The translations under genes and the position numbers were made by a program. Positions 32,538 to 43,223 of a DNA stretch of 64,000 bases are shown in pieces. Source of the DNA: an uncultured delta proteobacterium (lineage in GTDB: Bacteria > Myxococcota_A > Polyangia > Haliangiales > Haliangiaceae); assembly GCA_963848295.1 (NCBI GenBank), contig CAWKDB010000010.1, forward strand, positions 896,001-960,000. The letters are read 5' to 3'. The first letter of the stretch is position 1; each line of letters begins with the position of its first letter. The notes below the pieces were generated by a model that saw nothing but the letters and a program-made list of their open reading frames with translations, did not search any database and was not told the origin of the DNA.

Positions 32538-33481
32538 GTCGGAGCCCGAGCCAGGTGCGCGCTGCCCACGAGGCCGGCGTCGTCGCCTAGCTCGGCGAGC
32601 GCGATCGTCAGCGGCTCGAACGACGCCGCTGGCGTCGCTATGGCGAGCGTCGCGACCACGAGCTCGTACAGCATCGGGCAGCGGCCGAGCAGGCCACCGC
32701 CGAGTACGAGCCGTTCACTATTGAGTACCGCGAGTGCGTTGCCGAGCGCGATCGCGAGCAGCGGGCCGAGCTCGGTCCACAAATCGAGCGCCCAGTCATC
32801 GCCGGCTGCCGCGGCGGCGTCGACGTGGCTCGGGGTGACGCGATCGAGCCCTCCGGCCGCGGCGATGATCGCCGGGCTGACACCCGCGGCGAGCTCGCGC
32901 GCGATCCGCGCCGCGACGTAGCTGCCGCCGACATAGGCCTCGACGCAGCCGCGCTGGCCGCACGCGCACGGCGCCGCCGCGTCATCCCACCGGACCTTGA
33001 CGTGACCGATCTCACCCGCGCAGTGGCTCGAACCGGTGACCAGCCGACCGCCGCTGATCACGCCGGCGCCGATCCCCGTGCCGACGTAGACGCCGAGCAC
33101 GTCGCGACAGCCGCGCGCCGCGCCGGCGACATGCTCGCCCCACACGATCGCGTCGACGTCGTTGTACACGCGCAGCCGGAACCGCGAGCCCAGGCGAGCC
33201 GCGAGCCGTTGTCCGAACGCGACGTCGCGCCAGCGCAGGTGGGGCGAGCGTGCGACCGTGCCTTGCGCGTCGCGCAGCATCGCCGCGATGCCGACTCCGA
33301 CCGCGACCTCGTCGCGACCCGGCGCCAGCTGCTCGCACACGACGGCGACGCGCTCGATCACGCGGTCCGGGTCGCGCGGCTCGCCGACCAGCTCTTTGTG
33401 ACTGCGCACGAGGGTGGTGCCCGCTGGATCGAAGGCCGCCGCTCGCAGGTTCGTACCGCCGAGATCGACGCCGAGGATCAC
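32534..33481 (-). CDS. ROK family sugar kinase (gluco/mannokinase)
   Basis: GVDLGGT, NDVDA..GE, GTGIGAG, GEIGH, CACGQRGCVE. Confidence 0.93.
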   Translation of the reverse strand: MILGVDLGGTNLRAAAFDPAGTTLVRSHKELVGEPRDPDRVIERVAVVCEQLAPGRDEVAVGVGIAAMLRDAQGTVARSPHLRWRDVAFGQRLAARLGSRFRLRVYNDVDAIVWGEHVAGAARGCRDVLGVYVGTGIGAGVISGGRLVTGSSHCAGEIGHVKVRWDDAAAPCACGQRGCVEAYVGGSYVAARIARELAAGVSPAIIAAAGGLDRVTPSHVDAAAAAGDDWALDLWTELGPLLAIALGNALAVLNSERLVLGGGLLGRCPMLYELVVATLAIATPAASFEPLTIALAELGDDAGLVGSAHLARAPT

Positions 33482-34863
33482 GATGTACCGGCGACCGCGG
33501 CGGCGATCGCCGCATCGATCTTCGCTTTGATCTGCGCGAGCCGCTCGGCGCTGACCGCTTCGCAGCGCATGACGAGCGCTGGCTGCGTGTTCGAAGCGCG
33601 CACGAGCCCCCAGCCGCCGTCGAACCGCGCTCGCACGCCGTCGATGTCCGTGACGTCGCGCACCTCGGGATCCGCGCGCAGCGTCGCGGTCACCGACGCC
33701 ACGACCGCGAACTTCTTGTCGTCGGGGCAATCGACCCGCAGCTCCGGCGTATTGATCGCGATCGGCAGCTCGGCGGCGAGCGCCGCGAGCGTCGGACCGC
33801 GTGACACGATCTCGAGCAACCGCGCGCCGGCGTAGATCGCGTCGTCGAAGCCGAGCCAGCGGTGCGCGAAGAAGATGTGACCGCTCATCTCTCCGGCGAG
33901 CTGTGCACCGACCTCCTTCATCCGCGCCTTGATCAGCGAATGGCCCACCTTCCACATCTCGACCGTGCCCCCGGCGTGCTCGAGCTCGTCGTACATCACC
34001 TGGCTGCACTTGACCTCGCCGACGAACGTCGCGTGCGGCACTTCGGCGAGCACCGCCTTGCCGAACAAGATCATCAGCTGATCGCCCCACAGGATCCGCC
34101 CGGTGCCGTCGACCGCACCGAGCCGATCGGCATCGCCGTCGAGCGCGATCCCGAGCTCGGCGCCTTCGTTCGCGATCATCGCGATCAAGTCGGCGAGGTT
34201 CTCCGGCTGCGTCGGATCGGGGTGATGGTTCGGGAACCGGCCATCGAGGTCGCAGTACAGCGGCACGACGTCGAAGCCGAGCCGGCGATACAGCGCGACC
34301 GCGGTCGGTCCACCCGCGCCGTTGCCGGCATCGACCACGATCTTGCAGCGGCGCGGCCCGAGGTCGAGCTGGGAGGTCGCGAACGCCTGATACGCCCCGA
34401 TGATGTCGCGCGAGTGCATCGGGAACGTCGGATGGGGCGCGGGCTCGGCGAGCAACTCCGCGACGCGGTCGCGCAGGGTGGTGATCGCAGCGCCGTAGAG
34501 CGTGGCGAAGCCCGCGAGGATCTTGAAGCCGTTGTCCTCGGGCGGATTGTGACTGCCGGTGATGATGACCGCGGCAGTCGATTTCAAGTGATGCGCCGCG
34601 AAGTACAGCACCGGAGTCGGCACGATGCCGACGTCGACGACCTCGGCGTGGACGCGAATGCCTTCGGTCAGCGCGGAGAACAACCGCGGCGAGGTCAGCC
34701 GGCAGTCGCGCCCGACGACGACCATCGGCTTGTCGGCGCCCGGCTCGCGCCTCGCGCTCGCGAGCTCGCCGATCGCGTTGCCGAGGGCGGTCACCGTCGC
34801 ATCGTCGAGATCGCGCTCGGCGACGCCGCGGATGTCGTACTCGCGAAACGCGCGCGGATTCAC
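33478..34863 (-). CDS. manB: Phosphomannomutase/phosphoglucomutase
   Basis: FREYDIRG, TGSHNP, DGDADR, GEMSGH, RASNT. Confidence 0.95.
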   Translation of the reverse strand: MNPRAFREYDIRGVAERDLDDATVTALGNAIGELASARREPGADKPMVVVGRDCRLTSPRLFSALTEGIRVHAEVVDVGIVPTPVLYFAAHHLKSTAAVIITGSHNPPEDNGFKILAGFATLYGAAITTLRDRVAELLAEPAPHPTFPMHSRDIIGAYQAFATSQLDLGPRRCKIVVDAGNGAGGPTAVALYRRLGFDVVPLYCDLDGRFPNHHPDPTQPENLADLIAMIANEGAELGIALDGDADRLGAVDGTGRILWGDQLMILFGKAVLAEVPHATFVGEVKCSQVMYDELEHAGGTVEMWKVGHSLIKARMKEVGAQLAGEMSGHIFFAHRWLGFDDAIYAGARLLEIVSRGPTLAALAAELPIAINTPELRVDCPDDKKFAVVASVTATLRADPEVRDVTDIDGVRARFDGGWGLVRASNTQPALVMRCEAVSAERLAQIKAKIDAAIAAAVAGTS

Positions 34864-34866
34864 GCC

Positions 34867-35901
34867 TCAGAGATAGCGCGCGAGACCGCGAGCCGAAAGC
34901 GCTTCGATGACTTTGCGAACGTCTTGCGCCTGATCTTTGTGAATCACGAGGATGGCGTCGCCGGTCTTGACCACGACGAGATCGGACACGCCGACCGTCG
35001 CGATCAGCGTCTGGTCGTCGGTGACGACGACGTTACCAGCGCCGCCGATGACGAGCGCACCGCCCACCACGGTGTTGCCGGTCGCGTCGACGCCGCGGAT
35101 CGCGGGGAGCGCGGCCCACGAGCCGACATCGTCCCACCCGACCTGTGCCGGCACAGTCACGACGCCGGCGGCCTTCTCCATCACGGCGTGATCGATCGAG
35201 ATCGAGGCGAGTGCCGGGTACAAGGCCCTCGCGTCGCCACCCGCGGCGATCGCCCGAACGGCCGCCGCGGTCGCGGGCAAGTGACGATCGAGCTCGGCGA
35301 GCAACCGGCGCGCCGACGCGCAGAACATGCCGGCGTTCCACAAGTGGCGGCCATCGGCGAGGTAACGCTCGGCGGTCGCGCGATCGGGCTTCTCGACGAA
35401 CCGAGCGACCGGCGCGACCTGACCGACCACGGCAGGCGCGGCGAGCTCGAGGTAGCCAAACCCGGTCTCGGCGCGGGTCGGCGTGATGCCGATCGTCGCG
35501 ATGACGTCGCTGTGCTCGGCGGCCCAGAGCGCGGTCGCGAGCACGGCCTGCATGCCGGCGCGGTCGGTGACGTGCTGATCCGCCGGCAGCACGGCGAGGA
35601 CAGCATCGGGATCGCGCACCGCGAGGATCGCCGCCGCCAGGCCGATCGCCGCCGCGGTATTGCGCCCGACCGGCTCGGCGAGGAGCTCGACGTTCGGGAC
35701 GACCGCGCGCGTTGCCTCGGCCTGCGCCTCGGCGGTCACGACCATCACGCGATCACCGGCGAGCGCGCGACCGAGCCGGACCGCCTGGGCGACCATCGGC
35801 TCGCTACCGTCGAGCGCGAGCAACTGCTTCGGCTTCGCGCGGCGACTCGCCGGCCATAACCGCGTGCCGCTGCCGCCCGCGAGCACGACCGCGTGGCGCA
35901 C
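34867..35901 (-). CDS. manC: Mannose-1-phosphate guanylyltransferase (no cupin isomerase domain)
   Basis: LAGGSGTRLWPASR..PKQ, EPVGRNTA, RFVEKP, WNAGMF, SIDHAVMEK, WDDVGSW. Confidence 0.95.
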   Translation of the reverse strand: MRHAVVLAGGSGTRLWPASRRAKPKQLLALDGSEPMVAQAVRLGRALAGDRVMVVTAEAQAEATRAVVPNVELLAEPVGRNTAAAIGLAAAILAVRDPDAVLAVLPADQHVTDRAGMQAVLATALWAAEHSDVIATIGITPTRAETGFGYLELAAPAVVGQVAPVARFVEKPDRATAERYLADGRHLWNAGMFCASARRLLAELDRHLPATAAAVRAIAAGGDARALYPALASISIDHAVMEKAAGVVTVPAQVGWDDVGSWAALPAIRGVDATGNTVVGGALVIGGAGNVVVTDDQTLIATVGVSDLVVVKTGDAILVIHKDQAQDVRKVIEALSARGLARYL

Positions 35902-38900
35902 TACGGTTCACCGAGATCGTGAATGTGATGCTTGGGACGGCGCAGGTTCGCGAGCCACTGCTTCGCGCGATCCGAGATGACGTAGAACGCGGGCACGACG
36001 AACAGCGAGAGCAGCGTCGAGAGGATCAGCCCGCCGATGATCGCGTCCGCCATCGGTCCGCGCGTCTCGGCGCCTGGTCCGAGGCCGAGCGCAGACGGCA
36101 CCGCCGCCATCATCGTAGCGACCGCGGTCATGAGGATCGGGCGCAACCGCACCGGGCCGGCGCGCCGCATCGCCTCGGCGGCATCGAGGTTCTCTTTGTG
36201 GCGAACCTCGTTCGCGTAGTCGACGAGGATGATCGAGTTCTTCTTGACGATGCCCATCAACAGCAACAGGCCGATCATCGAGAACACGTTGAGCGTCTTG
36301 CCGGCGATGAACAGCGCGACCATCGCGCCGGCGAGCGACAGCGGCAGGATCGTGAGCACGGTGATCGGGTGCAAGAACGAGTTGAACTGTGACGCGAGCA
36401 CCATGTACGCGACCATGATCCCGACGATCAGCGCGAACACGAGACTGCCCATCGCGTCGCCGAACTGCGAGCTCTGGCCCGACAGCGATAGCGTATAACT
36501 CGGCGGCATCGTCGCCGCGAGCTTGTTGACCTCGGCGAGCGCGTCGCTCTGCGATTTGCCCGGCGCGACGTTGCCGGTGATCCGGATCGCGCGCTGCCGG
36601 TTGTCGTGGTTGATCTGGAGCAACTCCGGCTGGTCCTTCATCGTCGTCACCTGGGACAGCGGGACCATCGCCGGCGGGTTGCCGTTGACGCCGGCGGTCG
36701 CCCGGACCTGGAGCAACGCGAGGTCTTCGGGCCGCGATCGCTGGGTCGCGAGCAACCGCATCTCGATGTTCATGCGCCGGCCGTCGGAGGTGGAGTACTG
36801 GCCGACGATCGAGCCACCGATCAGCGTCGAGATCGCCGCGGTGATATCCGAGATATTGACCTGAAGGTCCTGCGCCGCCGGCCGATCGGGCGCGATCGCG
36901 AGCTCGGGCGGTCCGAGGTTGTAGTCGCTGGCGATGTCCACCGCCGTGCCGCTGGCCTCGAGCTGTTTCTGGATCGTTTGCGACAGGCCGATCAACGTCG
37001 CCCAGTCGGAGCCGTGGATCGTGAACTCGATCGGGCTGCCCTTGCTGCCGGCAAAGCCTTGCTGCGATAGGTCGATGACGGTCGCCTTGACCCCGGCGAT
37101 CTTCTTGAGCTCGTTGCGCAGCGTGTTCTGGAACTCGGCCTGGGTGAACTTGCGCTGCTTCGGGTCGACCATCGTGATCTGCAGCGACGCCGAGCCGATG
37201 CTCACCGTCGTCTGCACGCCGATCACCTCGGGGTGCTTCGCGAGCACGGCCTCGACTTCTTGAGTGAGCCGATCGGTCTCGTCGAGGTTCGCGCCGATCG
37301 TGGTCTGGACCCTGAGCTGGAGCCGGCTCTGATCCTGCGATGGCACCATCTCTTGCTTGAGCTGCTTCGCGGTGAACCAGGCCCCGACGAGGCACACCAC
37401 TGCGAACACGAGCACGGTCATCGGGAACCGCAACGCGAGTCTGAGCCCGCGCGCGTAGACCCTGGATAGCGCCTCGAACCCGCGATCGCCGATGCGCGCG
37501 ACCAGGCCCTTCGCGGCGCCATGCGCGACGTTCAGCATCTGCGCACAGCGCGCGGGCGCGAGCGTGATCGCCTCGACGTACGAGATCGAGACCGCGACCG
37601 ACAGCGTCACGCCGAACTGCAAGAAGTACTTGCCGATCACCCCTGTCATGAACGCGACCGGCATGAAGATCGCGATCACGGCGAGCGTCGCGGCCAGAGC
37701 GGCGAACGTGATCTCCTTCGTGCCCTCCGAGGCAGCGGTGATCTTGTCCTTACCCATCTCGGCGTGGCGATAGATGTTCTCCATCACCATCACCGCGTCA
37801 TCGACGACGAGGCCGACCGCCAGCGACAACGCGAGTAGGGTGAACGTGTTCAGGGTCCAGTGGCAGAAGTAGATCACCGCGATCGTGCCGAGCAGCGACA
37901 TCGGGATCGCGAACAGCACGTTGAGTGTCGACGACAGCGAGCCGAGGAACAGCCAGCACACGATCGCGGTCAGGATCACCGCGAGCCCGAGCTCGATGCC
38001 GATCTCGTCGACCGACTCCTTGATGAACTGGGTCGTGTCGAACAACACCGAGATCTTCATCCCGGGCGGCAGCGTCTTCTGGATCTCGTCGCAGGTCTTG
38101 CGCACCTCGTCCGCGACCGACACCGCATTCGAGCCCGGCTGCTTGAGGATGCCCATCGCTTGCACCGGATCGCCGTTCATCCGCGCCGACGTCGTGATGT
38201 CCTCGAAGCCGTCTTCGACGATCGCGACATCGCCGAGCCGGGTGATCAACGCGCCGGTCCGCTTGATCTGGATGTCGCGCAGCGCTTGGAGGTTGGGCAC
38301 CTCGCCGAGCACGACGACATCGATCGCCTTCTGGTCGTTCGTCATCTGGCCGCCGGACGACATCGACGTGGCTGCTTCGTGATCGCGGTCGTGATATCGC
38401 TGACCGTGACGCCGGTGGCCTGGAGCGCGTCGGCACGGATCCAGATCCGCACGGCGCGATCGAGGTAGCCCATCATCTGGACCTGGCCGACCCCATCGAG
38501 CGTCGCGAGCGCGTCTTGAATCTGATAGCGCGCGACGTCGGCGAGCAACTGGCGCTTGAACGCGCCGGACACGCCGATCGTGATGATCGCGGTGTCGTCG
38601 GGGTTGCTCTTGCTCACGGTCGGCGGCTGGACCGTCGCCGGCAGCTGGCGCTGGACCTGGGCGACCTTGGCTTGGACGTCCTGGACCGCGAGGTCGATGT
38701 CGCGATCGATGTCGAACGTCGCGGTGATCCGCGCCGAGTTCTGCTTCGACTGCGACGTGATCTCTTGCACGCCGGTGACCTGTGCGAGCACGTCCTCGAG
38801 CGGATTGACGATGCCGGTCTCGACATCGGCGGGCGACGCGCCCGGCCAGGTCGCGCTGACCGTGACCGTCGGGTTGTTGACGTCGGGGAATTGGCTCACG

Positions 38901-38998
38901 CCGATGCGCGTGACCGAGATGATGCCGAACAGGATCGTCCCGCACATCAGCATCCACGCGAACACGGGACGCTTGAGGCAGAGATCGGTGATGTTCAT
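35901..38998 (-). CDS. RND efflux transporter permease (AcrB/MdtC-like), frameshift near 38370
   Basis: LKRPVFA N-terminus, GLVVDDAVMV, GIVKKNSI, RLRPILMT. Confidence 0.93.
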
Positions 38999-40242
38999 TG
39001 CGCCGCCGACCCGCGGTGGCGGTGCCCGCTGCCCGAACCGTCACCCGCGGCGGGCTGCGCGGCCGAGCCGTCGTCGATCGGCGCGGTCGGAGCGTTCGGC
39101 ACGCCGGCGTCCGCGGCCGGCAGCTTCTCGGCATCCTCGAGCGTGAGCTTGCTACCGATATTCACCGGCGCGCCTTCGCTCAACGGCTCGATGCCGCGCA
39201 CGACCATGACGTCGCCGACCTTGACGCCGCGCGTGAGCTCGACGCCGCCGTCGGCGGTATGCATGCCGAGCTCGACGACGTGCGCGTGCGCGATGTTCTT
39301 GTCGTCGATCGTGTAGACCAGGTTGCCTTTTTCCGACGGCGCGACCGCGAGCGAGGGCACGACGATCGCATCGCGGCTGGCGCCGAGCGGCACGGAGACC
39401 TCGCAGAACGCGCCCGGTCGCAGCCAGTACTCGTGATCCTTCTCGACGACGACTTCGCCGACCACCGGCACGAGCCGAGTCGTCGGGTCGGCCGCGCCCG
39501 CGACCAGCGTCAGCTTCGCCTTGAACTGCCGCGTGCTCTCCCGGAGCGTGACGTCGGCGATCAGCCCCTGTGGCGATGCCAACGCGGCCTGGAGTCGCGG
39601 CGCGTCTTGCTCGTTGACCTGAAAGTTCAGTTGCAGTGGATCGCGCTGGAGGATCGTCGCGAGCACCGCGCCGGGTTGGAGATACTGGCCCTGTTGCACC
39701 GTGCGGGTCTGGACGACACCGGCGATCGGCGCGCGCACCGCGGAGTCGCGCAGGTTGAGCTGCGCGATCTTCAGCGCCTCTTTCGCGGCGTCGACGTCGG
39801 CCTTGGCGGTGTCGACCGCGGTCTGCTTCTGCTCGATCTCTTCGCCCGGCACGAGCCCCGGTGATTCCTTCTGCGCGGACACGCGGCGCTCGAGTGCGGC
39901 TTCCGCCGACTTCTCGGTGGCGATCGCCTTTTGCAGCGTGCTCTTGCCCTGCTCCACCGCGATCGCGTAGCGCTCGCTCTCGATCGTGGCGAGCACGTCG
40001 CCCTCCTTGACGTTCTGGCCTTCGGCGAACGACACCTTGTCGACCGCACCGCCGACCCGCGCCGTGATCTGGACCTGCTGGAACGCGGCGAGGCTGCCCG
40101 GCGCGCTCACCGTGTATTGCAGCTTGCGGCTCTCGAGCGGCGCGACATCGACCGGATACGCGAGCTTTTGTCGCTTGCCGCCGACGTCGGCTGGTTTCGA
40201 GCACGCAGCGAGCACGGCACATAGCACGACGGCGCGGGTCAT
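38995..40242 (-). CDS. RND periplasmic adaptor (membrane fusion protein), lipoprotein
   Basis: Lipobox LAAC; ITARVGG..EGQ.VK.GD, VRAPIAG, LRPG. Confidence 0.92.
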   Translation of the reverse strand: MTRAVVLCAVLAACSKPADVGGKRQKLAYPVDVAPLESRKLQYTVSAPGSLAAFQQVQITARVGGAVDKVSFAEGQNVKEGDVLATIESERYAIAVEQGKSTLQKAIATEKSAEAALERRVSAQKESPGLVPGEEIEQKQTAVDTAKADVDAAKEALKIAQLNLRDSAVRAPIAGVVQTRTVQQGQYLQPGAVLATILQRDPLQLNFQVNEQDAPRLQAALASPQGLIADVTLRESTRQFKAKLTLVAGAADPTTRLVPVVGEVVVEKDHEYWLRPGAFCEVSVPLGASRDAIVVPSLAVAPSEKGNLVYTIDDKNIAHAHVVELGMHTADGGVELTRGVKVGDVMVVRGIEPLSEGAPVNIGSKLTLEDAEKLPAADAGVPNAPTAPIDDGSAAQPAAGDGSGSGHRHRGSAAQ

Positions 40243-41558
40243 TTGGTCTCCGGTCCAACCGGGTCGAGCCCGATCGCTTGGCGCAACGCCAGGTAGGCGG
40301 TCGCGACGGTGAATTCGGCCTCGGCGTAGGTCACCTCGGCCGAGAACCGATCGTTGTTCGCGTCGACGAGCTCGATCGCTTTGGCCAGGCCCTGCTTGTA
40401 GAGGATCGCGGTCTCGTCGGCGCTCTTGCGCGCCGCATCCATCGAGTCCTTCGCGCCGCCCATCGCTTGCTGAGCCGCAGCGAGCTGCGCGATCGCGGTG
40501 CGCACTTGTTGATCGACCGAGCGGCGCAGCGTCGTCGTCGTAAGATCCGCGATCTCGGCCTGCGCGGTGCGCGACCGCTCGTCGGCATCGCGCGAGCCGG
40601 CGTCGTAGATCGCCCACCCCGCTGACAGCATGATGTTCGCGTCGACATCGTGACCGTCCGCCTGGATCGTCGTCGACTGCGCCTGCGCGGTCGCCGAGAT
40701 GCCGAGCGTCGGCAAGAACCGCAGGTGCGGCTCTCGAGCGAAGTCGTGCGCGGCATCGGCGGCGCGTGCCCTCGCCACGAGATCGGGCCGGTGCGCGAGG
40801 CCCTGCGCGATCAGCGGCTCGGGGTTACCCGGCGGTAACCGACCGGCGGCCAGCAGCGAGGTCGGCTCGGCGAGGTTGCGGGCGACGACGGCGTTGATCG
40901 TGAACTCGAGCTCGATGTACGCGGCGTCGAGCGCACCGCCGTCGGACGCGAGCTCGCGCTCGGTGTCGGCCTCGGTCACTTGCGCGCGCGTCACGTCGTT
41001 CGAGCTGACGAGCTGCGCCTTGAATTGCGCGGTGGTGTCGGCGACATCGGCCTTCGCGGTCTCGAGCTTGCGCTGCGCGGCTTGCACGACCTTGTCGGCG
41101 AGCAAGACCGCGAAGAACGCCCTGGCCGCGTCGTACGCGAGCAGCCGCTTGTCATCGACCGATTGCGCGCGCTGGCTCGCGAGCAGCTGCTTGGCCTGGC
41201 TGTACAACGGGAACGCCGACGGTGTGATCAACGGCTGTGACAACGTCACCGAGCCCTTCGCGGTGTCGCGCGGCGACTTGTCGAACGGCCCGAAGGTGTC
41301 GCTGCCGACGGCGCTCAGCACCGGCAGGAACGCGACCTTCGCTTTCTGGACGCCGGCATCGGCGACCGCGATGTTGAGGTCGGAGATCTGCGCGCGTTCG
41401 TTGCGAGTGAGCGCGAGCTCGATCGCTTGCGCGAGTGTGAGTCCGCTGACCGCCGCGGGCGTGGCGCCGGGCGCGTCACCATGCGCGACCGGACCGCCGG
41501 CTAGCGCCGTGACGGCCGAGGCCGCCCAAACGTAGACCGCAAACCTTCGCATCCCCAT
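40239..41558 (-). CDS. TolC family outer-membrane channel
   Basis: Signal peptide, LTLAQAIELAL..N, FLP, RPDL, YKQG...ELVDA; start ATG 41558 preferred (TATGCT 7 nt upstream). Confidence 0.9.
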   Translation of the reverse strand: MGMRRFAVYVWAASAVTALAGGPVAHGDAPGATPAAVSGLTLAQAIELALTRNERAQISDLNIAVADAGVQKAKVAFLPVLSAVGSDTFGPFDKSPRDTAKGSVTLSQPLITPSAFPLYSQAKQLLASQRAQSVDDKRLLAYDAARAFFAVLLADKVVQAAQRKLETAKADVADTTAQFKAQLVSSNDVTRAQVTEADTERELASDGGALDAAYIELEFTINAVVARNLAEPTSLLAAGRLPPGNPEPLIAQGLAHRPDLVARARAADAAHDFAREPHLRFLPTLGISATAQAQSTTIQADGHDVDANIMLSAGWAIYDAGSRDADERSRTAQAEIADLTTTTLRRSVDQQVRTAIAQLAAAQQAMGGAKDSMDAARKSADETAILYKQGLAKAIELVDANNDRFSAEVTYAEAEFTVATAYLALRQAIGLDPVGPETK

Positions 41559-41654
41559 CGAGGTAAGCATACGGGTGGTGCAACGCGCCCGGCCCCGGGC
41601 GCGGCACTGACTTTACACTTGTTCACGACGACTCGGGGGCAAAGCGGCCACCGT

Positions 41655-43223
41655 TCACGACGCCTCGGCGAGCTGGCGTGCGAGCCGCGTGACATCTGCG
41701 CGCGACAACCCGGCGTGTTGCACCGGCTCGAGCGTGAGGCGCTCCCCCGATACGAGCTCGGTCGCACCGAACCGCGCGACGCCGTCGGTGTCGATCGTGA
41801 CCTCGACGAGGACGAGCACGTCGCCCGCCGGAGCGATCGGCAGATCGACGACCGCGTAACGCCCGAGGTGGCGGTTCAACGCCGGATCGGGCGACTCGCC
41901 TTCCCACACGTCGAACTCGATCCTCGACTGTTCGTCCTGGCGCGTCGCGAGCAGGCGGTGCTCGCGCGTCGGCACGACCGCGCTCTGCGCCACGACCATC
42001 TCGCACTCACCGCCCGCGGCCGACATCGCCAGGCCGCGCGCCGCGACATCGATGAGCAGCACACCTTCGATCGTGCCGTCGAGCCGCGCGACCTCGAGCG
42101 CCGCACCGACGGCGACGACCTCCTCCGGATTCGCGATCACGTTCGCCTCTCGGCCACCGACGCGCGCGAGCTCGCGCCGGACCGCCGGCATCCGGGTCAT
42201 GCCGCCGACCAGCAGGATCTCCTCGATCTGCTCGCGCTTGCGGCCGGAGCGACGCAAGGCCTCGCGCACCGGCTGCTCGAGCCGTTTCACGATCGGCGAG
42301 GTCCACAGCTCGACTTCATCGCGGCGAACCGTCCGCGCGTACTCCACGCCCTTGCCCGACGGCAGCTGCGCGAGCTCGGCGACGTAGAGCTTCGTCGTCG
42401 TGTGCTCCGACAGCTCGTGCTTCGCGCGCTGCGCCGCGAGCCTCAGGCGCTCGATCGCGACCGCATCGGTCGAGATGTCGAACCCGCGCGACTGGCGGAC
42501 GTCGCGCACGAGGTTCTCGACCAGCGCTCGATCGATGTCATCGCCGCCGAGGAACGCATCGCCGGTCGTCGCGAGTACTTCGAACACGCCGGCTTCGACA
42601 TCGACCGCCGCGACATCGAACGTGCCGCCGCCCAGGTCGCACACGAGGTAGCGACGATCGTGACCGCGATGCGCCCCGTGGCCGAGCGCGGCGGCGGTGG
42701 GCTCGCTGAGCAACCGCATCACGGTCATCCCCGCGATCGCCGCGGCATCTTTCGTCGCTTGGCGTTGGCCGGCGTCGTACCAGGCGGGGATCGTGATCAC
42801 CGCGCGCGTCACCGGCTCGAGCAAGAACCGCTCGGCGGTGCGGCGGAGCTCGCGCAGGATCAGCGCGAGCACTTCTTCGGGCGAGATCGACCGGCTCGCC
42901 GCGAGCTGGATCCAGGCGTCGCCGTTCGGCGCTTCGATCAGCTCGTACGGCAACGTGCGCGCGAGCTTGCGAACCTCGGGATGATCGTAGCGCCGGCCGA
43001 GTAAGCGCTTCGCCCCGAAGATCGTGACGTCCGGGCTGTGATCGAGGCCCTCGCGCGCCGCCTCACCGACGATCGGCCCGTCCGGCGAGAACCACACGAG
43101 CGACGGCAGCGTGGTCGAGCCTTCGGCGGTCGTCAGGATCCGCGGCGCACCGTCGCGATCGATGACCGCGACGACCGAGTTCGTCGTGCCGAGGTCGATG
43201 CCGACCGCGCGCCCCGCCGTCAT
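41655..43223 (-). CDS. Hsp70-family protein lacking the C-terminal alpha-helical lid (copy A)
   Basis: [38 protein letters not shown] linker; ends right after the beta substrate-binding domain. Confidence 0.93.
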   Translation of the reverse strand: MTAGRAVGIDLGTTNSVVAVIDRDGAPRILTTAEGSTTLPSLVWFSPDGPIVGEAAREGLDHSPDVTIFGAKRLLGRRYDHPEVRKLARTLPYELIEAPNGDAWIQLAASRSISPEEVLALILRELRRTAERFLLEPVTRAVITIPAWYDAGQRQATKDAAAIAGMTVMRLLSEPTAAALGHGAHRGHDRRYLVCDLGGGTFDVAAVDVEAGVFEVLATTGDAFLGGDDIDRALVENLVRDVRQSRGFDISTDAVAIERLRLAAQRAKHELSEHTTTKLYVAELAQLPSGKGVEYARTVRRDEVELWTSPIVKRLEQPVREALRRSGRKREQIEEILLVGGMTRMPAVRRELARVGGREANVIANPEEVVAVGAALEVARLDGTIEGVLLIDVAARGLAMSAAGGECEMVVAQSAVVPTREHRLLATRQDEQSRIEFDVWEGESPDPALNRHLGRYAVVDLPIAPAGDVLVLVEVTIDTDGVARFGATELVSGERLTLEPVQHAGLSRADVTRLARQLAEAS

